Positions 63,653-64,000 of a stretch of 64,000 nt of DNA are shown in pieces (within the stretch, counting starts at the first letter, position 1; every line of letters starts with the position of its first letter). Origin of the DNA: Eledone cirrhosa (lineage: Eukaryota); NCBI GenBank assembly GCA_964016885.1, contig OZ024743.1, positions 262,136,001 to 262,200,000 on the forward strand, in the 5' to 3' direction. A program made the position numbers and the translations under genes. The notes below the pieces were generated by a model. It saw only the letters and a list, made by a program, of their open reading frames with translations, was not told where the DNA came from and did not search any database.

Positions 63653-64000
63653 TGACCCCTTAGCCTTTGTCAAGGCAGAATTCTAGGAGAAGGAAAACTC
63701 TGATATAACACCTGCAACCCTGATGGTATCCAATGATGTTGACTTGTTCTTCTTTTTGGTAAATATCATCTTGGTTAAGAGAGTGGGACTGGCTTTGTGC
63801 AGTGCCTTTGCTCACTATAAAAGCTTCACGGCACAGGCATTGCTTTATATCTGGAGATCTCTCTGCACTTGTCGTTACATGGTACCATGGGCCCAGCACT
63901 ATGCGTCAATAATTGTCACAAGTGTAGTGTTTGTACCAGTTTTCAAGTCGCTGGCTGGACTAAAAAGTCACACTCGTTCAGCGCATCGGTAGGGATTCTC
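63653..64000 (+). mobile_element. Non-autonomous RTE-derived element, runs off the window
   Basis: Matches 62366-62712. Starts after (TATG)n. Confidence 0.85.

Overview
Eukaryotic, AT-rich, microsatellite-rich DNA with a 200-N scaffold gap at 47701-47900. The SINE and LINE content points to a coleoid cephalopod, most likely an octopod (inference from recalled repeat motifs). No host protein-coding gene can be firmly called; there is only a weak candidate ATG-only first exon at about 17.5 kb. The window is mostly mobile DNA. It holds seven RTE-clade LINE copies from two subfamilies, two of which keep an uninterrupted RT-to-C-terminus reading frame. Five of the seven still cover the RT region between motifs 6 and 7, and each carries a C4-H-C3 PHD finger inserted there. 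Also present: a decayed Tc1 transposon, a decayed CR1-like LINE, R4/Dong-like 3' fragments, a decayed Neptune-like Penelope element, several (TA)n-embedded Penelope-like units with inverted pseudo-LTRs and hammerhead-ribozyme cores, a non-autonomous RTE-derived element, modular tRNA-derived SINEs, and hAT and TTAA MITEs. The four observations most worth following up: (1) a ~29-bp complementarity between the RTE start-codon region and its own 3' UTR; (2) the PHD-in-RT architecture; (3) covarying minimal hammerhead ribozymes in the TA-embedded Penelope-like units; (4) (TA)n arrays lying inside a LINE target-site duplication.
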